Below are positions 18,664 to 28,233 of a DNA stretch of 64,000 bases, in pieces; position 1 is the first letter of the stretch; each line of letters opens with the position of its first letter. A program made the translations under genes and the position numbers. The DNA comes from Spirochaetia bacterium (lineage in GTDB: Bacteria; Spirochaetota; Spirochaetia; SZUA-6; Bin103), in assembly GCA_965203905.1 (NCBI GenBank), contig CBDBDQ010000005.1:2304001-2368000 (forward strand), read 5' to 3'. Below the pieces are notes generated by a model. It worked only from the letters and a program-made list of their open reading frames with translations, did no database searches and was not told where the DNA came from.

Positions 18664-20184
18664 TCAGCGGGCTCCGGCCACCTCCGTCAGGCGGAATCGG
18701 CGGCGCAGCTCCTCCGGCGCGCCGCAACGGTCGAAGGCGGTCCCGAGTGCGGCTTGCAGCTCCGCCGCCCGTTCGGGATGCTCGGCGGCCACGTTGCGGC
18801 GCTCGCTCGGATCGGCCTCCAGGTCGCTGAGCCAGGTGCCCAGGTAGTCCTCGGGCAGCGGGTCGCGCTGCACCGGGCGGCGACCGTCGGCGTAGGGGCC
18901 GAGCACCTGCCGGCCGCCGTAGAAGCGCTGCTGGTGGTAGCCGTACCAGTACAGCGGCTGCTCGGGATCGGGCCCCTGGTGCAGCGTCCAGCGGCCGTCG
19001 GTAACGGTCGCCGAGCGCGCGAACTGGCCGGCGATGGCGTAGTCGCGGGTCGGCGCCGCGGGGTCGGCCAGCACCGGCAGCAGGTTCACGCCGTGGCGCC
19101 CTTGCGGCAGCTCGCGCCCGAAGGCGGCCAGTACGGTGGCGTAGATGTCCACGTTCTGCACCAGTTGCCGGCGCCGCTCGCCGTGCCCCAGCTCCGGGTG
19201 GTAGACGATGAACGGGATCATGTTCTTGGCCGCGAACTCATGGGTCTGCAGCTTGCCGATGCGGCCGTGGTCGCCGTTGAAGGTGCCGTGGTCGGTGTGC
19301 ACGATCACCATGGTGTTGCGCCAAAGGTCCAGCTCGTCCATGGCGTCCAGCACCTGTCCCAGCCAGCGGTCGGCCAGCACGACCTTGCCGGCGTAGCGCG
19401 CCTGGAAGCTCCGCAGCTCCTCCTCTTCCATGTGGTCGCCCCACTTGGCGTAGGGTGGATGGCTGGACCAGTCGGCGGTGTAGTAGCCGCGCGGGTCGAA
19501 CTTGCGCAGAATCTCCTCCGGCGGATCCCACGGTTCGTGGGGGTCGAACTCGTCGATGTGGAGATAGAAACTGCGGTGGCCGGCGTTGCGGCGCAGCCAC
19601 TCGGCCGCGGTGCGGAAGGTGCGCGCCACCGGCATGTCCTGCTCGCGATCGCCGAAGCGGTGCTTGTTGCGCCAGTAGCGCTCCAGCTTGGTCGGAAGGT
19701 CGGGCGGCGGACAGTGGAACCGGTCGCTGGTGGTGGCCCACGGGTCCTCCTGCTGGCCGCGGATGAACTCGAAGCCGCTGAAGCCGAAGTGGTAGTTGCC
19801 CGAACCCGCGCACCACATGTTCTTGTGGTCGGAGATGAAGTAGCTCACCACGTCGTCCGGGCCGTAGGCGCTGATCGGATGGATGTGGGGCGGCGACAGC
19901 AGGCTCGGCAGATCGAGGTCGCCTTCCTCCAGCGGGCCCCAGCCGCGCTCCAGGAACTCGTAGCGGCCGGTGTAGACGTCGCGCCGCGCCGGCATGCACG
20001 GGGTGCTGCCGGCGTAGGCGCGTTCGAACACCGTGCCGCGCGCCGCCAGCCGGTCGAGGTTGGGCGTGGGCACCACCCAGTCCGGCTGCTCGGGTGAGTC
20101 CACCTCGTTGAGCGGCCGGCCCTGATGGTAGGGGCCGCAGTGATCGCGCCGCAGCGTGTCGCAGAGAATGTGGATGACGTTCAT
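18664..20184 (-). CDS. Sulfatase
   Basis: MNVIHILCDTLRRD, CMPAR (CxPxR), FDPHEPW and TDHG. Confidence 0.9.
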   Translation of the reverse strand: MNVIHILCDTLRRDHCGPYHQGRPLNEVDSPEQPDWVVPTPNLDRLAARGTVFERAYAGSTPCMPARRDVYTGRYEFLERGWGPLEEGDLDLPSLLSPPHIHPISAYGPDDVVSYFISDHKNMWCAGSGNYHFGFSGFEFIRGQQEDPWATTSDRFHCPPPDLPTKLERYWRNKHRFGDREQDMPVARTFRTAAEWLRRNAGHRSFYLHIDEFDPHEPWDPPEEILRKFDPRGYYTADWSSHPPYAKWGDHMEEEELRSFQARYAGKVVLADRWLGQVLDAMDELDLWRNTMVIVHTDHGTFNGDHGRIGKLQTHEFAAKNMIPFIVYHPELGHGERRRQLVQNVDIYATVLAAFGRELPQGRHGVNLLPVLADPAAPTRDYAIAGQFARSATVTDGRWTLHQGPDPEQPLYWYGYHQQRFYGGRQVLGPYADGRRPVQRDPLPEDYLGTWLSDLEADPSERRNVAAEHPERAAELQAALGTAFDRCGAPEELRRRFRLTEVAGAR

Positions 20185-20254
20185 CGAGCGCCAGTATAAC
20201 GCCCCGTTGCGGACAGTTTGACCACGCAATGAGGCGCCCGCTAAGCTGGATCGC

Positions 20255-21190
20255 ATGGAACAACCGGAGCCGGCGTCAGTGACGATCGGCCGCCAACTGC
20301 CGCTGCCGCGCATCGGCCTGGGCACCGGCCTGCACGGCGAGGTGTCGGAGCGACAGTCGGTGGCCACCATCGAGCACGCCATGGATCGCGGGGTGCGTTT
20401 CTTCGACACCGCGCCGCTGTACGGCAACGGACTCGCCGAGGAGCGCCTCGGCATCGCCCTGAACGGCGTTCCCCGCGACAGCTACGTGCTCAACACCAAG
20501 GTCGGCATCCTCTCCGGCGGCGTGACCGGCGGCTTCGACTACGACTTCAGCGCTGACGGGGTGGAACGCTGCTTCGCGCGCAGCCTGCGCCGCCTGCGAG
20601 TGGAGCGCATCGACATCCTGCACCTGCACGAGCCGGAAGGGTTCGCCGAGCAGGTGTTGGCGGAGGCCCTGCCCCTGGTGCTGCGCTGGCGCGAGCAGGG
20701 ACTGGTGCGCGCGGTCAGCGCCGGGGTGAACCACTGGAGCATGGCCGAGCCGTTCGTGGAGCACCTGGACTGCGTGCTGCTGGCGGGACGCTACACCCTG
20801 CTGGAGCAGGGTGCGCTGGCCTTCCTGGAGCGCCAGCGGCAGGCGCGGCGGCAGGTGCTCGGGGCCGGCATCTTCAACAGCGGCATCCTGGCCACCGGCC
20901 CGAACGGCGACGCACGCTACAACTACCTGCCGGCACCGGAGCCGGTGCAGGATCGGGTGCGGAAGCTGCAGCAGGTGTGCGCGCGCCACGGGGTGGAGCT
21001 GTCCCACGCCGCGGTGCAGTTCGTCGCCGCGCAGCCGGCCATCGGCTCGCTGATCTTCGGCGCCTGCAGCGGCGCAGAGCTGGACCAGGCGCTGCGCGGC
21101 ACCCGGCCGGGGACCCCGCCCGCGCTGTGGCAGGAGCTGCGCACGGAAGGACTGCTCGATCCGGCCGCACCGGTGCCCGAACCCGAGTAG
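20255..21190 (+). CDS. Aldo/keto reductase
   Basis: FFDTAPLYG, TKVG, SLRRL...IDILHLHEP and LLAGRYTLLEQ. Confidence 0.95.
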   Translation: MEQPEPASVTIGRQLPLPRIGLGTGLHGEVSERQSVATIEHAMDRGVRFFDTAPLYGNGLAEERLGIALNGVPRDSYVLNTKVGILSGGVTGGFDYDFSADGVERCFARSLRRLRVERIDILHLHEPEGFAEQVLAEALPLVLRWREQGLVRAVSAGVNHWSMAEPFVEHLDCVLLAGRYTLLEQGALAFLERQRQARRQVLGAGIFNSGILATGPNGDARYNYLPAPEPVQDRVRKLQQVCARHGVELSHAAVQFVAAQPAIGSLIFGACSGAELDQALRGTRPGTPPALWQELRTEGLLDPAAPVPEPE

Positions 21191-21235
21191 ACGCGCACGC
21201 ACCACGCGCACGCCGGGGCGGGCCCGACGGCGCGA

Positions 21236-22108
21236 TCAGGTCACCGGCAGGCGGTAGACGCGCACGGCGTTGTCGCGCAGCACGCGGGCACGCTCGGCCG
21301 CGGTCAGGGTGGGAGCGGAGTCCAGCATCGTGGCGAACGCCTCGCCGTAGCTGCCGCCCACGAGCTCCGGCGGCCAGTTGCTGCCCCACAGCAGCCGCTC
21401 GCTGCCGAATGCCTCGAACAGCACCCCGGCGGCGCGGCGCAGTTGCTCCGAGTCGCAGCGTGGATGGCAGTGCAGGAAGAACGAGGAGTACTTCACCACC
21501 ACGTTGGGAACCTCGGCCAGGGCGCGCACGTGGCGCTCCCACAGGGTCAGATCGCCGTCACGAAACGGCGGCAGTCCGCAGTGGTTGAGCACCAGGGTCA
21601 GCTCCTCGTGGCGGCGCGCGAACCCACCCACCGCCGGGATCAGCGTGTGCTCCACCAGGATGTCCAGCACCAGGCCGCGCCGCAGCAGCTCGCGCGCACC
21701 GCGGTCCGCGGCCGCATCTTCCCCCCATCGGTCGGGTGGAAGCTGCGGCTGGCTGCGAATGCCCAGGAACCACGGCTTGCCGGCATATGCGTCCAGCCAC
21801 TCCCCGAGGCGCGGCGACGTCATGCCGTAGCTGCCCACCAGGCCCAGCACGTCGGGGTGCTGCTCGCACATGGCGCCCCACTCCAGGTTGTGCCGGTGCG
21901 AGTCCGGCGCCGCGCCCACGATGATGGCGCCCTCGGCGCCGATGGCCGCCAGCTCAGGCCGCAGGTGGTGCGGCAGGTAGTCGCGTCTGAGGTAGTCGCG
22001 CCCGCGAAACCAGCCGTCGTAGCCGCCGTACCCGGCCAGCTTCCAAAAATGGACGTGAGTATCGATGGGCCGTACGCCGCCCCCAGCCGCACCCTCAGCT
22101 TCGGTCAT
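21236..22108 (-). CDS. Amidohydrolase family protein (sugar-lactonase-like)
   Basis: IDTHVHFW, VLNHCGLP and RLLWGSNWP. Confidence 0.9.
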   Translation of the reverse strand: MTEAEGAAGGGVRPIDTHVHFWKLAGYGGYDGWFRGRDYLRRDYLPHHLRPELAAIGAEGAIIVGAAPDSHRHNLEWGAMCEQHPDVLGLVGSYGMTSPRLGEWLDAYAGKPWFLGIRSQPQLPPDRWGEDAAADRGARELLRRGLVLDILVEHTLIPAVGGFARRHEELTLVLNHCGLPPFRDGDLTLWERHVRALAEVPNVVVKYSSFFLHCHPRCDSEQLRRAAGVLFEAFGSERLLWGSNWPPELVGGSYGEAFATMLDSAPTLTAAERARVLRDNAVRVYRLPVT

Positions 22109-22165
22109 GGCGGCGAGTGTGGTGGATGGCAGGGCGCCCTGTCACTCACTACTGGTCGCCGGCGA

Positions 22166-23176
22166 CTATCGCCAGGGAGCCACGACCACTTTGCCGTGGG
22201 CGTCAGGGCGACCGAGGTCGGTGAATGCCTGCGCCACGCCGTCCAGGCCCACCGTGTGGGTGATCACGGGTTCGACATTCAGGGTTCCGTCGGCGATGTG
22301 CCGTAACGCGTCGCGGAACTCCGCTGCCGAGTAGCCGAGCACGTACTGCACGTTCAACTCCTTGTTGACCGCGATCAGCGGGCGCGCGTGGTCCATCTGC
22401 AGACAGACGCCGACTACCACGATCCGCGCGCCATGCGGCGCATGCAGGAAGATCTCATCGATCATCCCGGGTACCCCGACACACTCGAACACCACCACGT
22501 TGTCCCGGCGGCGCACGTCGGTTACCTCGTACGGACTCGACTCGCGCGGATCCACCACGATATCCGCGCCGACCGCCAGGCTCAGGGCACGGCGTTTCGG
22601 CGACAGCTCCGACACCACCACGGGGCCGACGCCGCGTGCCTTCAGGTTGGCCGTAATCGCCAGGCCCACCGGCCCTCCGCCGATGACGACCAACGCCTCG
22701 TCGCCCTCGAGACGAGCCATGTTGATCGCGTGCAGGCCCACGGCCATCGGCTCGGTCAACGCCGCGTGCTCCTTGGCCGTTCCCCGCGGCACCGGCACGA
22801 GCAGCCGTTCCGACAGCAACAGGTATTCGGCGAAGCCGCCGGGGATATCGCTGGACCAGCCCACCGGCAGCGACGGTTCGCGGGCCAGCATCGGCCTGGA
22901 GCAAACCAGGTCCCCGGCTTTCAGATCGCCGCGAGACTCGATCACCTCCGCGCAGAACTCGTGACCGAGCACCACGGGATCGAGGGTCGTCAGCTTGAAC
23001 GCGCCGCCGGCTTCGAGGCTGGTCGCCACGAACTCCTGCGTGTGCTTCGCCGCGTGCAGATCCGATCCGCAGATCCCGCACGCAACCGACTTCAGAACCG
23101 CCTCACCCTTTGCCGGCGTCGGATCGGGTAACTCGTCGACCCAGATCCTCCCTCGTTCCATCAATGCTGCACGCAT
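22166..23176 (-). CDS. Zinc-binding dehydrogenase (MDR)
   Basis: CGICGSDLH, LGHEF and GGGPVG. Confidence 0.95.
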   Translation of the reverse strand: MRAALMERGRIWVDELPDPTPAKGEAVLKSVACGICGSDLHAAKHTQEFVATSLEAGGAFKLTTLDPVVLGHEFCAEVIESRGDLKAGDLVCSRPMLAREPSLPVGWSSDIPGGFAEYLLLSERLLVPVPRGTAKEHAALTEPMAVGLHAINMARLEGDEALVVIGGGPVGLAITANLKARGVGPVVVSELSPKRRALSLAVGADIVVDPRESSPYEVTDVRRRDNVVVFECVGVPGMIDEIFLHAPHGARIVVVGVCLQMDHARPLIAVNKELNVQYVLGYSAAEFRDALRHIADGTLNVEPVITHTVGLDGVAQAFTDLGRPDAHGKVVVAPWR

Positions 23177-23178
23177 AA

Positions 23179-23448
23179 CTACCTCCCAGACCGGGGTTGC
23201 CGGGGTTGACGCTCCGGCATAGCTCGCCGCTGGTTCATTTCGTCGCGGCTGAAGGTGCGGCCGCCGGTGCGCACGTAGCTGCTGAGCTCATCGATCAGCG
23301 CCAACGCATCGGCAGCCTGTCGATCCCGCCGTGCATAGCTGGCCAACCACCGGCGAAATGCGTCGTTCAACGTCGTGTTCTCGGCGCGGGCCCGTGCGCG
23401 TGCGGCCTGGATGAGCCCCTCGTCCGCGCTCAGGATGATGTTGCGCAT
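23179..23448 (-). CDS. Orphan RHH-type antitoxin
   Basis: MRNIILSADEGLIQAARARARAENTTLNDAFRRWL...FSRDEMN; palindrome GTACAC..GTGTAC upstream; no toxin follows. Confidence 0.7.
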   Translation of the reverse strand: MRNIILSADEGLIQAARARARAENTTLNDAFRRWLASYARRDRQAADALALIDELSSYVRTGGRTFSRDEMNQRRAMPERQPRQPRSGR

Positions 23449-23553
23449 ACCATCCAAGAGTACACGACATGTAGTGTACACAACGAGCGTAGAGACTTGG
23501 CGCAGCGCACGCGGGCGCTGGCCAGAGCGGTCTCGATGGCCGATGATGACGGC

Positions 23554-24942
23554 ATGTCGAGGCCCAACATCCTGTTCGTCATTGCCGACGATCACGCGCC
23601 GGCGGCGATCTCCAGCTACGGTGCCAGCCTGGTGGCCACGCCAAACCTGGATCGCCTGGCCAGCGAAGGGGCGCGCTTCAACCGCTGCTTCTGCACCAAC
23701 TCGATCTGTACGCCGGCGCGGGCCACGGTGCTCACCGGCAAGTACAGCCACACCACCGGCATCCGCACCCTGAACGACGTCATCGACCATACCCGCGAGC
23801 GCACGCTAGGGATGATGCTGCACGACGCCGGCTACCAGACCGCGGCGCTCGGCAAGTGGCACCTGGGCCACGGCGGCAACAGCGATCCGGTCGGCTTCGA
23901 CCACTGGAGCGTGCTGCCGGTACAGGGCAAGTACGTCGACCCGGAGTTCCACGAGGCCGGCGGCACGGTGACCCGCCGCGGCTATGTGACCGACATTCTC
24001 GCCGACCTGGCGCTCGACTGGCTGCGTGGGCGCGATCCCGACCGGCCCTTCTTTCTCTACCTCGGCAACAAGGCGCCGCACGACCCGTTCACCTATGACG
24101 CCGCCCACGCCGAGCTGTTCGCCGACCGTGACCTGCCGGAGCCGCCCACCTTGCGCGACGACTACCGCAACCGTGCCGCTGCAGCGGCGCGCAGCACGCA
24201 GAGGGTGGCCACGGCGCACCAGCGCCGCCACGTGCCCGATCCGCCGCCGCCCGACGTGAGCGGCGACGACCTGCTGCGCTGGAACTACCAGTCGTTCATG
24301 AAGGGCTACCTGCGCTGCGTGGCCTCGGTGGACGACAACCTGGGCCGCCTGCTGGCCTACCTCGACGAAGCCGGCCTGGCCGCCGACACGCTGGTGGTCT
24401 ACACTTCCGACCACGGCTTCTTCCTCGGCGACCACGGTTTCTACGACAAGCGCTTCATGTACGAGGAGTCGATCCGCATCCCGCTGCTGATGCGCGGACC
24501 GGGCGTCACGCAGCCGGGCCTGGCCGACGACCACATGGTGCTCAACCTCGACTTCGCACCTACGCTGCTCGACCTGGCCGGGATGGCGATCCCGGAAGAG
24601 CTGCCGGGGCGCAGTCTGCGGCCGCTGTTGCAGGGGGAGGCGGTGAGCGACTGGCGCACCTCGATGTACTACCGCTACTGGATGCACGGCGCGCACTTCG
24701 ACGTCGCCGCCCACTACGGGGTGCGCACCGAGACCCACAAGCTGATCTACTACTACGGCGAGCCGCTGGACGCCGCCGGGGCGGTGGGCGATCCCACCCC
24801 GCCGGAGTGGGAGCTGTTCGACCTGACGCGCGACCCGCAGGAACTGGTGAACGTCTACGACGATGGCGCCTATGCCCGGGTGCGCGAGGAATTGACGACG
24901 GAACTGGAACGTCTGCGGACGGAAGTCGGCGACACCCGGTAG
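23554..24942 (+). CDS. Sulfatase
   Basis: RPNILFVIADDH, CTPAR, GKWHLG and SDHG. Confidence 0.95.
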   Translation: MSRPNILFVIADDHAPAAISSYGASLVATPNLDRLASEGARFNRCFCTNSICTPARATVLTGKYSHTTGIRTLNDVIDHTRERTLGMMLHDAGYQTAALGKWHLGHGGNSDPVGFDHWSVLPVQGKYVDPEFHEAGGTVTRRGYVTDILADLALDWLRGRDPDRPFFLYLGNKAPHDPFTYDAAHAELFADRDLPEPPTLRDDYRNRAAAAARSTQRVATAHQRRHVPDPPPPDVSGDDLLRWNYQSFMKGYLRCVASVDDNLGRLLAYLDEAGLAADTLVVYTSDHGFFLGDHGFYDKRFMYEESIRIPLLMRGPGVTQPGLADDHMVLNLDFAPTLLDLAGMAIPEELPGRSLRPLLQGEAVSDWRTSMYYRYWMHGAHFDVAAHYGVRTETHKLIYYYGEPLDAAGAVGDPTPPEWELFDLTRDPQELVNVYDDGAYARVREELTTELERLRTEVGDTR

Positions 24943-24959
24943 CGGCGCAGGAGGCAGAC

Positions 24960-26402
24960 ATGATACCCGATCCAGACTTTCCGTTGATTCAGCTCCCGGC
25001 CGAGTTCAAGGCTCGCAAGCATGCCGGTCGTGCGTCCTTCAAGCAGCCGGGAAGCTATGAGCTCTTCAACGCCGACGGACCCGGCTGCATTCGCCACATG
25101 ACCGTGATCTACAAACCGTTCGGCGACCACGCTCGCATAGAAATCTTTTGCGATGATGACGCCAGGCCGCAGGTGGACATGGATCTGAACGCCTTCTTCG
25201 GCGTGCTGCTCGGGGTCGATCCCCGGACGACGAACTACCGCGCGGACGGTGCCGGGATCAAGGTGCTTCCCGAGGGTGGGTACAACTGCTACCTGCCGAT
25301 CCCTTTTCAGAGGTCGTGTCGGATCGTGCTGACAACCGCGTCGCCGGTTCCGGTACAGGTCTACTCCCAAATCGACTGGCAACAATACCAGGCCGGTACC
25401 GAGCTGACACCGTACCGATTGCATGCGCTGCACCGCAAGGAGACCCCTGCAGCGGCGTCTTCCGGCGGCACTTTCCAGATCGCCGAGATCGGTGGTCGTG
25501 GTTTCGTGGCGGGGCTGTTCAAGGCCATCCGGCAGCGCGATACGAGCGATCTGCTCTATCACACCGGTGGCTCGGTGTGGTTGATCGACGGCGAGAACGA
25601 CCCCCATGCCATTCGCGGCTACAACGAGGAGGACGACTTTGGCTTCGGCTGGTCCTACCACCAGTTTCTGAGCCGCTGGACCGGTTGTGCCCACGTGGTG
25701 AATCCTGGCATTCATGCCACCGAATTCTCGGCATACCGGTTTTATGGCCCCGATCCGATTCCATTCAGATCTTCGCTCATCGCCTATTGCGGCTCAAGGG
25801 CGGACGATACCGAGTCGGTGCTGTATTTCTACCGGTCGCTGGGATCCGTGGCAGCGCCCCTGGAGACGCCATCGCAGTGGCAGGTCACCGGGCCCTACCG
25901 GTGCTTTACCTTCGAGGAGTTCCTGATGGCCGGAGCCCCTGAAACCGCGGCGGTGTGGCCGGCGAGCTGGCGCGATGACGGACGTACTCTGCCGACGCTC
26001 ACGGTTCCCTCCAGAAGGGGTTGGGTCGACCTGACCTGGGAATACCGCGGACGCAGGCACCTGTGGAACGACTATGCCAAGGCGCAATCAGAGGCTGCGG
26101 GGACGGTTACGCTTCTCAGTGACAAGCCGGTGGCGGTCTCGGCGTATGCACGTGCCACGATCGATGCGAAAACGAGTCGCAGGGTCAACCTTCGCCTGGC
26201 TTTCGACGATTGGCTGACGCTTTGGGTCAATGCCAAGAAGATAGCCACCAAGCGCCACGATCGTGGATTCGAGATCGCCAGTTTTCCGGTGAATCTGCGT
26301 GCGGGGGAGAACACGGTTCAGATCAAGCTGAGCAACTTCGACAATCAGGAGCATCGGCTGTGGGCGTTCAGTCTTGCGGTCGAAGAGAGAGAACCCGGGT
26401 AG
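24960..26402 (+). CDS. DUF2961 (GH172-like) domain protein
   Basis: DGPGCIRH, YNCYLPIPF, EDDFGFGW and YRFYGPDPIPF; extra beta-sandwich-like C-terminus. Confidence 0.8.
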   Translation: MIPDPDFPLIQLPAEFKARKHAGRASFKQPGSYELFNADGPGCIRHMTVIYKPFGDHARIEIFCDDDARPQVDMDLNAFFGVLLGVDPRTTNYRADGAGIKVLPEGGYNCYLPIPFQRSCRIVLTTASPVPVQVYSQIDWQQYQAGTELTPYRLHALHRKETPAAASSGGTFQIAEIGGRGFVAGLFKAIRQRDTSDLLYHTGGSVWLIDGENDPHAIRGYNEEDDFGFGWSYHQFLSRWTGCAHVVNPGIHATEFSAYRFYGPDPIPFRSSLIAYCGSRADDTESVLYFYRSLGSVAAPLETPSQWQVTGPYRCFTFEEFLMAGAPETAAVWPASWRDDGRTLPTLTVPSRRGWVDLTWEYRGRRHLWNDYAKAQSEAAGTVTLLSDKPVAVSAYARATIDAKTSRRVNLRLAFDDWLTLWVNAKKIATKRHDRGFEIASFPVNLRAGENTVQIKLSNFDNQEHRLWAFSLAVEEREPG

Positions 26403-26418
26403 CCGAACCCCGACCGAA

Positions 26419-26820
26419 TCAGCCCGCGTCCGAGCCGAACGCGATCAGGTAGCCGTCGCGGTCGCGCACTGCGAACTCCCAGTTGCCGTACTCCCGTTGC
26501 AGTGACGGGCCGTACGCCACGTCGGCCCCGGCGGCCGCCATCTCGGCGTGCAGCGCGCGCGCATCGTCAACCCACACGTAGGCGTCCCACGGCCCGCCGC
26601 GGGCGCCCGGGTCGGGATTGTTGCTGCGTATCGGATCGCCGCTCCGCGCCCGCTTGAGCATGATGGTGACGCCGTCGCGCGCCGGCATGGCGAACTCCGG
26701 CGGGTCGCCCCAGTAGGGAGGCTGCGTAAACCCCAGGGCGCTCACGTAGTACTCGGTTGCGGCTACCACGTCGCGCACGTAGAACAGCGGCGCGACGTGG
26801 CGCAGGCGGACCCGGTCCAT
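26419..26820 (-). CDS. VOC/glyoxalase family protein
   Basis: VRDVVAATEYY...LGF...YGNWEFAVRDRDGYLIAF. Confidence 0.9.
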   Translation of the reverse strand: MDRVRLRHVAPLFYVRDVVAATEYYVSALGFTQPPYWGDPPEFAMPARDGVTIMLKRARSGDPIRSNNPDPGARGGPWDAYVWVDDARALHAEMAAAGADVAYGPSLQREYGNWEFAVRDRDGYLIAFGSDAG

Positions 26821-26841
26821 GGTAGTGCGTCCGGCGGCCAG

Positions 26842-27678
26842 CTAACGGAGCGGCTCGCCGGTGAGCTGCTCCCAGATCTCGCGGCGGATGGCGCGCTCCT
26901 TGTAGGAGTCGCTCTGCGACACGTTCAGCGGGTTGGCGAAGGAGAGCTGGTTGAACGGGTCCGCCGCCTGGTCGCGCAGGTTCCAGTCGCGCAGCCGGTT
27001 CATGCACTGCGGGTCGTGCTTCCAGGTGGCGCCCTCGTTGTCTCCGGTGCGGGCGAACAGGAACTTGATCATGTGGCGGCGCTTGCCGGAGCGGTTGGCG
27101 GCGGTGCCGTGCCACAGGTCGTAGTGGGTGATGGCGAAGGTGCCCGCCTGCACTACCAGCGGCACCTGGCCGCGGATGTTGCCGTAGCTGCGCATGCGGT
27201 CGGTGGGCGCGTTGCGGTACTGGGTGGCCGGGACGATCATGGTGGGCCCCATGTCGGCGCTGACGTCGGTGGGGTAGAAGAGACCGAGGAACCGGTCGAG
27301 GGCGACGGAGCGCCGGTTCTTGCCGTCCTGGTGCCAGTGCATGTAGGGGGTGCCCGGCTCCTTGCAGTGCCAGTGACGGTGGAACATCGTCTCGTAGTGC
27401 TTGCCGGCCAGGCTCACCAGGGCGCCGCGCACCGCCGGATGGTCGAGCACCTCGTTCAGCTCCGGCACCTCGTCGCAGATCGCATCGCCGGGGTTGCGCT
27501 GCATCACGTCCAGCTTGGCGGCGATGGCCTCGTTCAGGCCGGGGCGCAGATCAGGCTGCACGATGTGATAGCCCTTGACGATGAAGTCGACCACCTCCAG
27601 GTCGTCGAGCAGGTAATCGGCCAGCGTGCACCGCCTGGCCTCCGTGGCGGCCGGTGCCGCCGCAACTGCCGTACTCAC
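26842..27678 (-). CDS. Phytanoyl-CoA dioxygenase family protein
   Basis: WHQD...GPTMIVP...LWHG HxD..H triad. Confidence 0.85.
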   Translation of the reverse strand: MSTAVAAAPAATEARRCTLADYLLDDLEVVDFIVKGYHIVQPDLRPGLNEAIAAKLDVMQRNPGDAICDEVPELNEVLDHPAVRGALVSLAGKHYETMFHRHWHCKEPGTPYMHWHQDGKNRRSVALDRFLGLFYPTDVSADMGPTMIVPATQYRNAPTDRMRSYGNIRGQVPLVVQAGTFAITHYDLWHGTAANRSGKRRHMIKFLFARTGDNEGATWKHDPQCMNRLRDWNLRDQAADPFNQLSFANPLNVSQSDSYKERAIRREIWEQLTGEPLR

Positions 27679-27968
27679 GTTTCCACTACCTCCATCTTCT
27701 GCAGGATGAACTGGTATCCCACCATGTCGATCTCGTTGTCGTCGTACTCCGCCTGGTGCAGGGGGAACTGCACGACCTGCCAGCCGTCCACCACCGCCTC
27801 GTGGACCGTCGCGTACGGGTACTCCGGATCCTCCGCCGTCAGTTCCATCTTGAAGCCGGGTACCGGCTCGTAGATCGTCATCTCCAGCACCGGAGACAGG
27901 ATGTTGGGGGTCTGCGCGTGCATGTACAGCAACCGCTGCCGGGGCTGGGAGCCGTTATCGTCTGCCAT
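27675..27968 (-). CDS. Small hypothetical protein coupled to the dioxygenase
   Basis: High-GC3 codon use; GTGA overlap; PYATVHEAVVDGWQVVQFP. Confidence 0.75.
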   Translation of the reverse strand: MADDNGSQPRQRLLYMHAQTPNILSPVLEMTIYEPVPGFKMELTAEDPEYPYATVHEAVVDGWQVVQFPLHQAEYDDNEIDMVGYQFILQKMEVVET

Positions 27969-28233
27969 GGTGATCTGCGTACCTGCCGCATGGTAGTGCC
28001 GCCGGTCGTTGCAAGACAAGGCTGTACTGACGGACAGCGACCGACAGTCGGCCCCGGCCCGGTTCCGCTCCCGGTCGCGGGCGCCGTTCGACTTTGCCGG
28101 CCGGCGTTCGCGAACCACTTTGGCGGTGAAACCTTGATTAAGGACCTTGTTTGTTGCATTGATACCTTGATTTTGATACGTGCAATGGGTATAAAACACT
28201 TGTTCTTGGTGCAAGAAGGACTCTCGCGCGCGG

